Part shown: in pieces, positions 17,585 through 32,234 of the stretch
Layout: each line of letters starts with the position of its first letter
How positions within the stretch are numbered: position 1 is the first letter of the stretch
Made by a program: the position numbers and the translations under genes
Source: Eledone cirrhosa
Lineage: Eukaryota
DNA length: 64,000 nt
Direction: 5' to 3'
NCBI GenBank assembly: GCA_964016885.1
Contig: CAXHJY010001513.1
Location: 1 to 64,000, forward strand
The notes under the pieces: generated by a model
Database searches by the model: none
What the model was told of the DNA's origin: nothing
Seen by the model: the letters and a program-made list of their open reading frames with translations, nothing else

Positions 17585-18447
17585 TTATGAAATAACGTAA
17601 GTTTATATGTTATATATATATTTTCTGAGATCTAAAGTCTCTATACTTCCATACAGATGTGTTTGAGTATACTTAGAGTGTCATAACCGACCTAAACATT
17701 ATAAATAATAAAACAAGTCTCAGTGTTTTGGGTTAAACAACCTTAAGTGTTGATCGAAATCGAAGACTCAAAATCTTTGAAGTAATTAAATATATGCGAG
17801 AGTGATATGCTATTTACAGTTTCCGATATATATATAGAGAGAATCATTAGAACATCTGACTAATATAATGACAAGTCAGTCAATCATATTGGTGGCCTCC
17901 CACAGCCCCGGGGGACAGAATGGAGAATGATTACACGGTGAAGGAGTTTGCTTCGCAACCAGTTGGTATTGAACTGAATCCCACTGCGTAACACCTTCGA
18001 CAAGTGTCTCTCCTCGCCCTTCCTTACAGACAAATACACACGGATTTTAAATTGGTAGATCATAGACAGTGTATTTAATTAGAAATATGGTAACGAAATG
18101 TTTAAAAGTAGTTTTGAGAGTTGTCAAGTTAGTGCCAAAAAAATACCTCGCTTGTAAAGAATATTTAACCATATTAAGAAACGGTAAAACGACAGATTCT
18201 TCAAGTAGACAATAAGACACATCTCCCCTTCTCCCACAACAAAAGAGAATTTGATGTATTTCTAGGTGTGTGAGATAATCTAGGTGCCTAACGTTTAAGA
18301 ATTATCTTATACTATAAGAATACAATTAGATTCTTTTCACATTCTGGCTTCTGTGACTTTTATCACCGTTTATTTTGTTTTTCTTATTTTCCTGTCTCTC
18401 AGAAAATTCTCATTTCTTCCTAAAGTCCCTCCCCTTCCTCTACTACC

Positions 18448-18559
<112 letters not shown>

Positions 18560-18640
18560 GTATGTATTGATAGATAGATATTGATCTCTTTCCATCCTCA
18601 TTGCTGAGTGTCGGGGACCATAATCAATATCAGCAATGCT

Positions 18641-18690
<50 letters not shown>

Positions 18691-18699
18691 GTTCCTCTC

Positions 18700-18760
<61 letters not shown>

Positions 18761-18785
18761 ATATATATATATATAGGTATGTATG

Positions 18786-18820
<35 letters not shown>

Positions 18821-18869
18821 AAGAATATAAGACAACAGTCTTTCAAACTTTTTGTTCTGTGCATGTCTG

Positions 18870-18975
<106 letters not shown>

Positions 18976-19309
18976 CGAGTTATCTCTTTCAATACCACAG
19001 CTACGATTGTGAATTGTAATGACCATGAAATGCGATGTGTTCAAATTTCCTCTCTTCTTTAGATAACTAGCAAGCACGTGGTACGTTTGAAATGGAGACA
19101 TTCTCCTCTGAGAAGTCAGACATTCAGGCTGACTGTAGACCATACCTTAGATATTTCCTTCTCATCTATTCCTCATAGATTACCAACGAAATATTACTGT
19201 ATAGGAGGTGCTGGATTGAAATTAAGATGATATTTCACTTGGGAGTTATATAATATATTTCTTGATGTATTATAAAGTAATTAGAGGGATATGATACCTT
19301 GTATCTTCC

Positions 19310-19765
19310 ATACATACACACATAGACACACAACACATGGACACATACATACACACAAAGACACATACCACAGAGACACACGTACATATACAGACATACA
19401 CACAGACACACATATATACACACATAGACACACAACACATGGACACATACATACACACAGACACATACCACAGAGACACACATACATATACAGACATACA
19501 CACACCACAAACACACGTATATACACACATAGACACACACCACAGAGACACACATACATATACAGACATACACACCACAGACACACATACATACACACAT
19601 AGACACACACCACAGAGACACGTATATACACACATAGACACACACCACAGAGACAGACATACATATACAGACATACACACCACAGACACACATACATACA
19701 CACATACACATACACCGCAGTCACACATACACACACACAGACACACAGACACACAGACAAACATG
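19310..19765. repeat. CA-rich compound minisatellite
   Basis: Recurring blocks such as catagacacacaccacagagacac and catatacagacatacacac. Confidence 0.8.
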
Positions 19766-19812
19766 TATAATAACGTACGTTTATCGTTTAACTCCCTCTT
19801 TTTCTGTCTGTC

Positions 19813-19941
<129 letters not shown>

Positions 19942-20002
19942 GTTAGAAAATATAGAAATCTCAAACACAGAAAACAATTCTAACTACAGTCAATTGCTAT
20001 AA

Positions 20003-20190
20003 ATAATTGTTTCTACTTTAGGCACAAGGCCAGCAATTACTCCAGTACATTACTGGTACTTTATTTTATCGACCCCGTAAGGATGAAAGGCAAAGTTAAC
20101 TTATGCGGGATTTGAACTCAGATCATAAAGGGACCTAACTCTATGCTTCAAAGCATGGCGCCCGACCCTCTACCAATACTGCCAATCCAC
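20003..20190 (-). mobile_element. SINE family 1
   Basis: Full-length reverse-complement match. Confidence 0.9.
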
Positions 20191-20469
20191 CAAAAACTGA
20201 GTAAAATACCCTTATAGACGGAAAATGTGGCCAAAGGATTGAACTCAGTATCTCTCACATTTCAACAAATGAATTGTCTAATCATTTAGGTAAGCCAGTG
20301 TATTGTCCACAAATCCGTAAACACGTTTATTCATTCATAGAAACACGCATTTCTATATCACTTTGTGTGTGTCTGTGTGTGGGACATCTTTTCTTTGAAA
20401 GGTCTTCTATTAAAGGCACACAAGTCTGTTCTTTTAGTCTTTTTATGTGTTTTTTGTGTTGAAACATGT

Positions 20470-20620
20470 CCAATCCTAATGTGTCAGACCAGGGTTTTCT
20501 TTGCCTCTTTTTCACCCTCCCTCAACTGTGCCTTGAAAAACGGTTTTGGACAGGAAGACGGATGGGATTCGTGTCCTTAGCAGGCGAGTTTCCATCTTCC
20601 AGAATATTTGGTGACTTGCT
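20470..20620 (-). pseudogene. RTE-clade LINE ORF C-terminal remnant
   Basis: Minus-strand translation LSKTVFQGTVEGG*KRG, then frameshifted RQRKPWSD; matches the RTE terminal motif G...G.R.RGR....W.D. Confidence 0.7.
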
Positions 20621-20716
20621 GGCTGAGAAATGTATTTGTCTTGTGCACTTCTGCTTAAGTCTCTGGGATCTTTGTTTCATGCTGACAGTAAAAATGAAGG
20701 TTTCGCACCCTGACAG

Positions 20717-20886
20717 TCCCCAGGTACATGTAAAATTTCAACATGGTGCGAAAGATCAAAGTCTTTAGGGACATGTAAAATTTCAACATGGTGCGACAGA
20801 TCAAAGTCTCCAGGGACATGTAAAATTTCAATATGGTGCGAAAGATCAAAGTCCTCAGGAGCATGTAAGATTTCAATATGGTGCGC
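20717..20886. repeat. 45-bp tandem repeat, ~3.7 copies
   Basis: catgtaa recurs at 20727, 20772, 20817 and 20862. Confidence 0.92.
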
Positions 20887-21459
20887 AAACCGATAGAATT
20901 GCATTTCCATATGACATTAAACTTCGCCATGATAGAAGAATTCAAGCCGCGTCTTGATTTTATCTTTGACTTGCTTCATTATATTCATAGGCAAACAGGA
21001 TGTATACAAATATCTATGCAAATTAGGAATCTTATTTGTTTATTTAAAGAAAACATTTAAATTTAATGAAAAAGCCAAAAACTAAACAAAATTCCTTATA
21101 AGGAATCTGTAAATCAATTATGAAAGTTTAGATGATAAAATAAACTTTAAATTTTACACTGAAATTATTTTCTCTTTGAAAAATTATCTAATATGTTATT
21201 TACAAAAAAAAAAAAAAATGTTTTGCCTCATGATGTAATTTATTAAAGTAACTAATGAATCGTGGGTGGGGAAGGCTTTCTTAATTATCAGAAAAAAATG
21301 AATCAAACGCAATTCTATATTATGTCAATTATGTGGAAAAAATTGGCAAATTTACGAAAAGATATACAAGAAACATTATATACATACACACACACATGTA
21401 TATATATATATACAAATATACATATATATATAGTAATAATAATAAATTTGAAGACTATG

Positions 21460-21493
<34 letters not shown>

Positions 21494-21502
21494 AATATAT
21501 GC

Positions 21503-21587
<85 letters not shown>

Positions 21588-22051
21588 GTGAATAACAAAA
21601 TAAAAAAGAACAGAACTTAAAAAGATAAAAAATGTAAATTTCTAAGCAAGAATTAAAGACAAGAAAACGTTTAAAGTCAAAAGTAAGGAAATTAAATCAG
21701 AAATTCCTAAGATAATATATAATATATCCGGGACACCAAAGATGTAGGAAAAAATTCAGTAACAATTTTTTTATAATTGTTGACATCAAAGAGATATATT
21801 AACACTTTTAACAGGAATAATATATTGTAATACGACATCTTACATAGTTGCTACTCCATAAAATAAAATGGCGGTATATCATGATAAAATGACTGTTTTT
21901 CTTTCATCAAACGTTAATATGTATGATACTATCAACTAATATTCTAATATTTATACACTTACGTATATAAATATTGTATATATATATTGTATAAATTAAG
22001 TTTTTCTGTCAACATATAAGTTAATATATATGACATTATCAAATACTATTC

Positions 22052-22094
<43 letters not shown>

Positions 22095-22205
22095 GGTTGT
22101 ATATATATTGTATATATATTGTATAAATTAAGTTATTTTTTCAACATAAGTTAATATATATGACATTATCAAATACTATTCCTACACTAACATATATATA
22201 TATAC

Positions 22206-22237
<32 letters not shown>

Positions 22238-22429
22238 ATGGTTTGATCCTTTTTTTATTTTCCCGTGTAATTTACGGTGTCACCAATCACATTATCTGAT
22301 ACACAACACCTCAAATTAAAAACAAATAAATAAATCCTGTCATCCACCATTGAATTTTGAGAGGGTCTTTTCTTTATATGTTCCCTAAATCGATTTGGCA
22401 AAATTTTACTGGGAAACACTACTTCGACG

Positions 22430-22690
22430 CTAAACTCCGCCAGGTGCAGACAGCGCATCAACATGAGATATCTCTCTCCACAAAGTTCGATCACCAACAC
22501 CAGAGTTCAAAGAGCAAAGATCAAGTCCAATCCATAAATTGACATTGTCAAGCCATCGTTTTGGCTGCTGGCTTCTACTTCTCTTACCAGCCAACCTTCC
22601 TTCCAGGTATAACCTACTCACACCACAAGTTGATCTTTTTATAAGACAGTATAGTTTGAGTACTCTTCACTTGACAATTGATGTAAGTCT
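22430..22690 (-). pseudogene. RTE-clade LINE 3' remnant
   Basis: RLYLEGRLAGKRSRSQQPKRWLDNV...DRTLWR, typical RTE C-terminus. Confidence 0.75.
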
Positions 22691-23018
22691 GGGAAACACT
22701 GGCTAGACCTAAACAACAACAACAACAACAGTTGTGTGATAAAATACAATAGTAGAACTGGTGTCAATTCTAGTGTATCGGTTAATCACCAGAGGTAATG
22801 ATAAAAGTTAAATTCAATACTAAATGAAGGAACATGGGATACGATAAGGCACCAAATATTCGTATTTTCAGCCTACTATCTGTCTGTCTGTATGTCTGTA
22901 TGTCTGTCTGTCTCTCTCTCTCTTTCTCTTTCTCTCTCTCTCTCTCTCTCTTGCTATATGTATAATGGTAGATGTATATATATACTTCTATATATGTATA
23001 TATATGTATATATATGTA

Positions 23019-23110
<92 letters not shown>

Positions 23111-23134
23111 CATATATATATATATGCATATATA

Positions 23135-23239
<105 letters not shown>

Positions 23240-23250
23240 ATATTATATTT

Positions 23251-23434
23251 GGATTGGCAGTATCGGAAGAGGGTCGGACTTCATGCTGTGACGCATAGAG
23301 TTACGGCCCTTGCCATTCTGAGTTCAAATCCCGCCGAGGTTAACTTTGCCTTTCATCCTTACGGGATCGATAAAATAAAGTACCAGTAATGCACTGGGTA
23401 AATGCTGGCCTTGTGCCAAAAGTAGAAACAATTA
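23251..23434 (+). mobile_element. SINE family 1
   Basis: Full-length match, within a (TA)n tract. Confidence 0.9.
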
Positions 23435-23461
23435 TATATATATATATATACATATACATAC

Positions 23462-23492
<31 letters not shown>

Positions 23493-23493
<1 letters not shown>

Positions 23494-23747
23494 TTCGTTT
23501 CTGAATTTGTTTAGCAAGATTCTTTATCTGAAAACGTGTGTTGAAACCGATATTGTTATACTTTGGGAGGGTCATGTTGCCAATAAGAAACACACGCACC
23601 AGTTGCTTTCACTTCAATTTATTATAATAACCAACCGGAAATTTATAAATTCCTAAATTTATAAATTTATTATAATAAATTGAAGTGAAAGCAACTGGTG
23701 CGTGTGTTTCTTATTGGCAACATGACCCTCCCAAAGGATAACAATAT
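23493..23747. mobile_element. TA-embedded foldback, family B (arms 23550-23630 / 23667-23747, 57 bp tail on left)
   Basis: Near-perfect inverted arms; same sequence at 43867-44011 and a fragment at ~2638-2665. Confidence 0.85.
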
Positions 23748-23760
23748 ATATATATATATA

Positions 23761-23906
23761 CCAGAGTACTCAATACTTAGGGTAGTAGAGTGGGTAATAG
23801 GAAAAGAGACAGGGCCTCGACGGCTGAGCTCCGGCCGTTTCGACAGCTAGATCCGATCTAGCTGTCGAAACGGTTGGAGCTCTGCCGTCGGGGTCTTGAC
23901 TCTTTT

Positions 23907-23910
<4 letters not shown>
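23761..23910. mobile_element. TA-embedded foldback, family A
   Basis: Centre cagctagatccgatctagctg; short arm ends ttttccta+(TA)n; partial tail on left. Confidence 0.85.
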
Positions 23911-23948
<38 letters not shown>

Positions 23949-24750
23949 TGTGTGTGTGTATATGAGCATATGTGTACGTGCATAGTTTTAAATAATTTCA
24001 CAATTGAAAAGAAAAAAATCTCTTTCCATTTCTTATTGTCAAAGAAAAATTATTACGTGACTTACGTGACCATATGGCACAGACATACAGACATACATAC
24101 ACACATACATACACATACACACATACACACATACACAGAAATACATACATACATACACATACATAAACACACACATACATACATAGATACATACATATAT
24201 AGATACATACATAAACACATACATAAATATATATATACATAGATACATACATACATAAACACATACATACATGCATTAATGAAACAGTGAAAATATGTAA
24301 AACATTCCAAAAATTCTGCATCTAATAACTGCATGTACATATGTACAGATACAAAAGATGCACATGCACACATATAATTCAAACCATACACATCCACACA
24401 TACATAACATCCATACCTGCACACACACACACACACATATGCATACATACATATCTACCTAGTTGATCTTGTGTAAATTCCAATGAGAGAGTCTTGTGGC
24501 TGTTAGAAACCGACTCTCTCTCTACTGGTAAACATTTATAAAATTATAAAACCAGAAGGACATACATACATGCATATACCCATACACATACACACACACA
24601 CACACACATGCACACACACACACATACACGCATGCACACACACACACACGCGCATGCACACACACACACTAACTTCAGAATGGATCAAATTATTTTAGTT
24701 TTTCAGGGATTTATTTAATGATGAAAGTAAATATATATATATATATAGGG

Positions 24751-24819
<69 letters not shown>

Positions 24820-24869
24820 AGAGAGAGAGAGGGGGAGAGAGAGAGAGGGAGACAAATATATATATATAG

Positions 24870-24907
<38 letters not shown>

Positions 24908-25173
24908 ATAGATAGGTAGATAGATGGGTGGGTGTATTGTGAGAACGTTTGTTCTTTTGGGTTGTTGAAAAAATAGTGAAATTACGAAAGCTAATTGGCA
25001 GACAGACGTCAGCCTGTGGCTTTAGATAAAAACACCAACAACAACATAATAATTATTAAAGAAGAACATAATGTAGCGAAACTACGTTGCTGTATATTAG
25101 GGAACAGCAAGAAAAACAGACAAAAAAAAACTTAAAAAACAACGTTATTAGTTGAATAGGACTAATCCTTTGC

Positions 25174-25206
<33 letters not shown>

Positions 25207-25272
25207 ACCGAAGCCCAGTTTTCATTAGAAAGAATTCAGATCAAAGATGTCCTTTCCGCCAGCTGACTATAT

Positions 25273-25351
<79 letters not shown>

Positions 25352-25353
25352 CA

Positions 25354-25394
<41 letters not shown>

Positions 25395-25515
25395 CCCTTA
25401 GTCTTCACATTTATGATATATATATATTGCTTTAATTACATTGAGCTATACCTTTACTGTCATTTCTATAATACGAAGAGGGTGTTTAACTCCAACACAC
25501 TCAAGTATTTTAATT

Positions 25516-25574
<59 letters not shown>

Positions 25575-25599
25575 TGAGAGAGCGAGAGAGAAAGAGAGA

Positions 25600-25715
25600 C
25601 TTTCGTCAAATCGGACCTGCGAAACGATGTTTCCATTGGTCTTTCCAATTGGTGATATTGTCCCGAGCACAACCGAACGAGAGATGGACCCCGTAACCAC
25701 AAGTTATTCACACGA
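25600..25715 (-). mobile_element. Partial SINE family 2
   Basis: Reverse complement of the 3' end of 25748-25942 (caattggaaagaccaa...ggtccgatttgacgaaag). Confidence 0.7.
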
Positions 25716-25747
25716 TTGCCTATATATATCTATATACTTACACACAC

Positions 25748-25942
25748 ACTGAGTGGTTAGAGAATTGGATTCGCAATCGTGAGGTTGTGTGTTCGATTCC
25801 CAGACCGGGCGATGCGTTATGTCCTTGAGCAAGACACTTTATTTCACGTTGCTCCTTCTACCTGGAGTTGCGACCGATAGATAGTATTAGCAATTGGAAA
25901 GACCAACGGAAACATTGTTCCCTCGGTCCGATTTGACGAAAG
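25748..25942 (+). mobile_element. tRNA-derived SINE, family 2
   Basis: ctgagtggttag (A box part), B box GTTCGATTCC, central tgtccttgagcaagacacttta; copies at 45700 and 62258. Confidence 0.85.
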
Positions 25943-25980
25943 TTGATCGACTGTCGATATATATATATATATATTATAAA

Positions 25981-26130
25981 TCAGGATAGAGGCAGTTTAA
26001 AGCTAGTTCGACCATTACTCAACAGAGTACTCGATACGTTTGGTAGTAGAGTATTGTTATAATATAAAGAATCGGAACCCGACGGCTTAGCCAGCGCTCT
26101 TTCAACAGGCAGTTTCAGTACGTGCTCAGA
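25981..26130 (-). mobile_element. Diverged relative of family A
   Basis: cagagtactcgatacgtttggtagtagagt...cccgacggctt aligns with family A cagagtactcaatacttagggtagtagagt...cccgacggctg; begins at (TA)n. Confidence 0.6.
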
Positions 26131-26349
26131 TATTAGAGGGAGTGGTGATAGTAGTGATGCTAGAGAGGGGGGTCATGTACATTTTGACCTCGGCCACTTC
26201 TGTTGTCAACAAACTGTTTGAGATATAAAAATATAAGGAGGTGTTTTCGTTATAAATATTCCTGGTCTGGGGGAAGGAAGTCTTTTACATAATTCCTGGC
26301 AAAGATTTCCCATGAGACAACTTCCACTAACCAATGATGTGTGTATATG

Positions 26350-26382
<33 letters not shown>

Positions 26383-26477
26383 GTATACACGATGTATATA
26401 TATACATCGTGTATACATATATATATATATATTATATATATATATATATATTTTAGTCTTCACATTTATTATTACTT

Positions 26478-26525
<48 letters not shown>

Positions 26526-26660
26526 CGTGTGTGTGTGTGGGTGTGTGCGTGTGTGTATTTGTGTATATATGTCATAATCGCATCTATTTTCCTCTCATCT
26601 TCCTTCCAAATTTTCATACTCATTATCCTTGTCATTTTGTCATTTATATATATGTATATT

Positions 26661-26711
<51 letters not shown>

Positions 26712-26778
26712 ACTGTGTACAATTGCCTCCAATGTTTTGTTCGTTCATTTTTCAACTAGATATATATACACACACATA

Positions 26779-26903
<125 letters not shown>

Positions 26904-27395
26904 CGTGCCCGTTTCAAATAGGGTGTTTTAATAAAACGAAGTGGGGTGGTTAAATAATATTGTCACTTATATGACACTGACTTTTCTTTGACAACACTAT
27001 TCCTAACTGGTATCTCAGGAAACAGGAATTGTTTAAAGATTATTTATCTCAATATCTGTTTGATATTTCCTCTATCCATATATTTCCGTTTCCGCTTTCA
27101 CTCTTTATCTTCTCTGTATTCCCCTCCTTCTCAACGATATTATCATCAGAGCTCTTGTTGTTTCATTGATAGTGTTTATAATCCATCTATATACTAGTTT
27201 GACGTGTAATAGAATTGGTTGATGGCTTGGAATTTAGGCTTTGTAGTTGTTATTTTGTTGTTTAGTTTATTATTCTGAATTTGGTTTTTTTATATTGTTT
27301 TTGTTTTTAACTTTTTAAAATGTTTTTGCTATTTAAAATTTTTTTTTTGAAAAAAAAAAAATTTTTTTTAAAATGTTTTGAAAAAAAAATGTTTT

Positions 27396-27547
27396 ACGGG
27401 CGAAACCAAGAGGTAGGAGACCCAGGGGTAGACCTTGAGCAAGATGGTTGGATAACATCCATGAGCTTGGTTGGTCATGCTTGGGGATACGGTCGGATCA
27501 GTTGGAGACGGTTGCTTCTGTCAGGACCTGCTGGTGGGAGTGTTTGA

Positions 27548-27549
<2 letters not shown>
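27396..27549 (+). pseudogene. RTE-clade LINE 3' remnant
   Basis: [29 protein letters not shown]...VASVRTCW. Confidence 0.75.
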
Positions 27550-27594
<45 letters not shown>

Positions 27595-28193
27595 TATACA
27601 TATATATATATACACACACATATATACATATATATATATATATATGTGTGTATATATGCAAACAAACATACACACAAACACATACACACACACACATATG
27701 GTATGTGTGTGTGTAGCCTAAAAATGTGCTGATTGTTATACGGCAGGTGGTAAACGTGATGTGGTAAATATGGTGACCGGCGATGTTTTAAAGTTCAAGT
27801 TAAGCCGTCACTACGTTCGTTTCTGGTGCAATGAACCCGCTTATGGCCTCTCCTCATTACTGTGTCTTCTAGACCTGATGAGGGCACATACATACACACA
27901 CGTAGAAACACACACACACATACACGTACGTACACACACATACGTACACACAGAGGCACGTATACTCTCACTTACACACACACTTATACATTCACACACA
28001 CACACACATATATATACATATATTTATAAAAAAGGGGAAAAAACATATCAAATATGAAGTTCAATGAATATATATATTAGTTTCACGGTTATTATCTTAG
28101 CGTTTCGGACACTGGTCCTTCATTTATTTAAATTGTAAGCAACGAGATCGAAATCATCCTATATCGATCTAAACCCATATTATATATATATTA

Positions 28194-28382
28194 TAACAAA
28201 GAAGGTGTGGTAAGATACCAGGTGGACCATAACGCACCAGAGTACTCAATACTTAGGGTAGTAGAGTGGGTAGTAGGAAAAGAGACAGGGTCCCGACGGC
28301 TGAGCTCCGGCCGTTTCGACAGCTAGATCCGATCTAGCTGTCGAAACGGTTGGAGCTCTGCCGTCGGGGTCTTGACTCTTTT

Positions 28383-28386
<4 letters not shown>
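28194..28386. mobile_element. TA-embedded foldback, family A
   Basis: Same centre and arms as 23761-23910, with full tail. Confidence 0.85.
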
Positions 28387-28429
<43 letters not shown>

Positions 28430-28699
28430 ATGATGTTGACTATGATTATGATGATGATTATGATGATGATGATGACAATTTTAATGATGACATTAATTAT
28501 ACCAGAAGTGGTTCAATGACAAGAACCAACCAATCATAGTTGATAGCTCCTACATCACCTGATTTTATCATATCTCTTTCTTTCTTTCTTTATTTATTTA
28601 TTTATTTCTTTATTTAATTCTTTCTTTCCTTCTTTCCTTCTTTCATTCTTTCTTTCTTTCTTTTTTTCTTTCCTTCTTTCTTTCTTTCGTTCTCCCCCT

Positions 28700-28753
28700 T
28701 CACCGCCACCAATAGCAGCAGCAGCAGCACAACTACTACTATTACCACCAGCG

Positions 28754-28811
<58 letters not shown>

Positions 28812-28887
28812 AGCCACCACCACCACCACCACCACCACCACCACCACCACCACCACCACCACCACCACCACCACCACCACCACCACC

Positions 28888-28931
<44 letters not shown>

Positions 28932-29072
28932 CACTACTACTACCACTACTACCACCACCATCACTACTACTACTACCACCACCACCACCACTACTACTAC
29001 TACTATTACCATCACCACCACCACTACTACTACTACTACTACCACCACCACCATCACTACTACTACTACTAG

Positions 29073-29140
<68 letters not shown>

Positions 29141-29260
29141 TCACCACCACTACTACTACTACTACCACCACCACCACTACTACTACTACTACCAACACCA
29201 CTATAACCGTCACCATCACCGCAGTACCATTACCCAACCATTGCAATAATCATCACCACC
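28700..29260. repeat. (TAC)n/(CAC)n microsatellite
   Basis: Mixed trinucleotide tract. Similar tracts at 31360-31535, 32370-32660, 41590-42240, 42627-43290, 52585-54360, 55235-55640 and 61410-61840. Confidence 0.95.
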
Positions 29261-29287
29261 GTCGCCCTAAGAATACCTCACTAAAAC

Positions 29288-29413
29288 CCACCCACACAGC
29301 ACCACTGTGTCCCTATCCCCACCCCACACGGCACCACTGTGTCCCTATCCCCACCCCACACGGCACCACTGTATCCCTAGCCCCACCCCACACGGCACCA
29401 CTGTATCCCTACC
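29288..29413. repeat. 32-bp tandem repeat, 4 copies
   Basis: accactgt recurs at 29301, 29333, 29365 and 29397. Confidence 0.9.
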
Positions 29414-29657
29414 CCTGGGAGGCCTTACACGGTATATATTTCCCTTCATTACACACAAGAGCCACTTACAGGCCATTGCGTAGCTTTGGTTTCACAACCT
29501 CGGGCGATTAGGGATATTTTATCACAGGTTTGGTCGGTGGCAGTCGCTAGCAGGTAACATACACACATACACACATACACACATACACACATACATATAC
29601 ACATACACATACACACACACACATACACACATATATACACACACTCATGTACATATG

Positions 29658-29691
<34 letters not shown>

Positions 29692-29756
29692 CGTGTGTGT
29701 GTAGGTTTATATATAGTGCGTGTGATATGTTAGATTGTTTTGTGAAAACCGTTACA

Positions 29757-29869
<113 letters not shown>

Positions 29870-29965
29870 CACACAGATGTGGGTTCGTTTGTTGGTCCTG
29901 GATGCTGTAGAGTTATTGAGCAGAATAATTTGTTTTGGTTGATAAGACCTTTACAATTATGTCTT

Positions 29966-30070
<105 letters not shown>

Positions 30071-30078
30071 GGAGATAA

Positions 30079-30109
<31 letters not shown>

Positions 30110-30143
30110 GAGAGACAGACGGGGAGAGAGAGAGTGAGAGAGA

Positions 30144-30188
<45 letters not shown>

Positions 30189-30394
30189 GAACAGTTGACA
30201 TCACAAGTATCTAATCATCCACTCCTACGTAATATAATTTATTGTTTGACACAATCTATCGATTGTAGCTAATAGTTATTGATTTTGTTCGATAATTATA
30301 CGTTGCTTAAACCGTTTTATCACTAAACTACCTGAAACGGTTCTTTGATACAAAACTGTTTATTTTATCCCTTCAATCTTTCTAAGTTCTCATT

Positions 30395-30436
30395 TTTTCT
30401 TCTGATGAAAGACTAACGTCCGAAACGTTAAAATCC
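30395..30436 (+). ncRNA. Minimal hammerhead motif (extra-A type)
   Basis: CTGATGA(30402)-a-agac taac gtcc-GAAA(30422)-cgt-TA; stem I weak. Confidence 0.65.
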
Positions 30437-30537
30437 TCTTCCTTAACCTAATATATTCCTTCCATATACTGTATCGATTGTGTTTTTATTTCTGTTTACT
30501 TTTTACATATATACATACATATATATATATATATATA

Positions 30538-30743
30538 TAGGAACGAGTAGGACCCCGACGGCTGAGCTCAAGCCGTTTCGACGGCTAATTCTGGACTAAA
30601 AGTTTTAGTCCAGAATTACCCGTCGAAACGGCTTGAGCTCAGCCGTCGGGGTCCTACTCGTTCCTATTACCCACTCTACTACCCTAAGTATTGAGTACTT
30701 TGGTGCGTTATTGTCCATTTGGTTCCTTACCTCATTTCCTTCG

Positions 30744-30746
<3 letters not shown>
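30538..30746. mobile_element. TA-embedded foldback, family A (tail on right)
   Basis: Near-perfect arms around ggactaaaagttttagtcc; tail ends ttcgtta+(TA)n. Confidence 0.85.
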
Positions 30747-30801
<55 letters not shown>

Positions 30802-31573
30802 TTCAAGGGAGGGGAAGGTGCCTAATCTTTTGAGATTTAACTGCAATGAAGAGATGGTCTTTTGGGAATTGATTGAAGTTTTTGTAGTCAACATGGCCTC
30901 AGAAAATCCCAAAACCCAGTCTGCAAAAATAATGTTATTACATCTGAAAATGAATATTAAAAAATCAGAGTCCCAACAGGGACGAAATATATTAAATAAT
31001 AAGAATTAATAAGTTTAAGTCCAATTATGAATGAAAATAAATTAAATACGTGTTCAGAATGTGTGAGTGTGTATCTGTGTACGTATATCTGCATGCGCAT
31101 GTATATATGTGTGTATGTGTGTGTAACTAAATATGAAAAGTATGTAATTATGATTAAATATTTAAGGCGTTGACTCAAGAAATGCATGATTCTCGCTTAT
31201 GAGCAAACCAACAACTGTGAGATTGAGTATTTGTTGTGGTTTAACCTGTTAACCAAAACTACCAAGTTTACAGGAACAGCAGAAGAGCCGATTGTTAGAT
31301 CGGACCAAGGAAACTGTTTGCAAAGGGCTTTCTATTGCTGGTACTATCTGCCGGCTGCAAAACACCACCACCACCACCACCACCAACACCAATATTACAC
31401 CACCAACACCAACACCATCACCACCACCACCACCAACACCACCACCACCACCACCACCACCACTACCGCCACCAACACCACCACCAACATCACCACAACC
31501 ACCACCACCAACACCACCATCACCACCACCACCTCTATTATATGGGACCCGAGATTAAGCACGTGATTGCGCA

Positions 31574-31658
<85 letters not shown>

Positions 31659-31663
<5 letters not shown>

Positions 31664-31945
31664 TTCAAAATATTAACAAAATAGATATTCTTGTGATCAA
31701 GTATATTTTATTATGCCAGGGTATGTCATGCATCATCTTATTTTATCTGATGAGGACGTACTGTTGAACTTAACTCAGTACCTCTGAAATATGTATAATA
31801 AAATATACTTGATCACAAGAATATCTATTTTGTTAATATTTTGAATTAATATTAATAACTCTGGAAAACCTTTTTTACTGTTGAGTGCTTCCAATCTATT
31901 GTAAAACTCATTCTTTGATTTATTCATTGAACCTTGTTTAACTTT

Positions 31946-31950
<5 letters not shown>
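31659..31950 (+). mobile_element. Foldback PLE-like mini-element (arms 31659-31714 / 31795-31852, ~97 bp tail)
   Basis: Perfect ~56 bp inverted repeat enclosing a hammerhead; homologous to 6743-6920; (TA)n on both sides. Confidence 0.85.
31739..31805 (+). ncRNA. Type I hammerhead ribozyme motif
   Basis: tattttat-CTGATGA(31747)-ggacgtactg...cagtacctct-GAAA(31786)-tatgta-TA-ataaaata; 8-bp perfect stem I. Confidence 0.88.
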
Positions 31951-31998
<48 letters not shown>

Positions 31999-32175
31999 GC
32001 ATGTAAGTATGTACGTATGTATGCATGTATGTATGCACGTATGTATGTACGTATGTATGCATGTATATATGTATGTACGTATGTATGTATATATGTATAT
32101 ATGTATGTATGTATCTACCTATCTATCTTTGTATGTATGTATATATGTATGTACGTATGTATGAAGGTAGGTAGG

Positions 32176-32234
<59 letters not shown>

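Noticed and set aside
26206-26340. SCLMGNLCQE resembling a Neptune PLE Cys linker
   Set aside because: Too short and not followed by a GIY-YIG motif.
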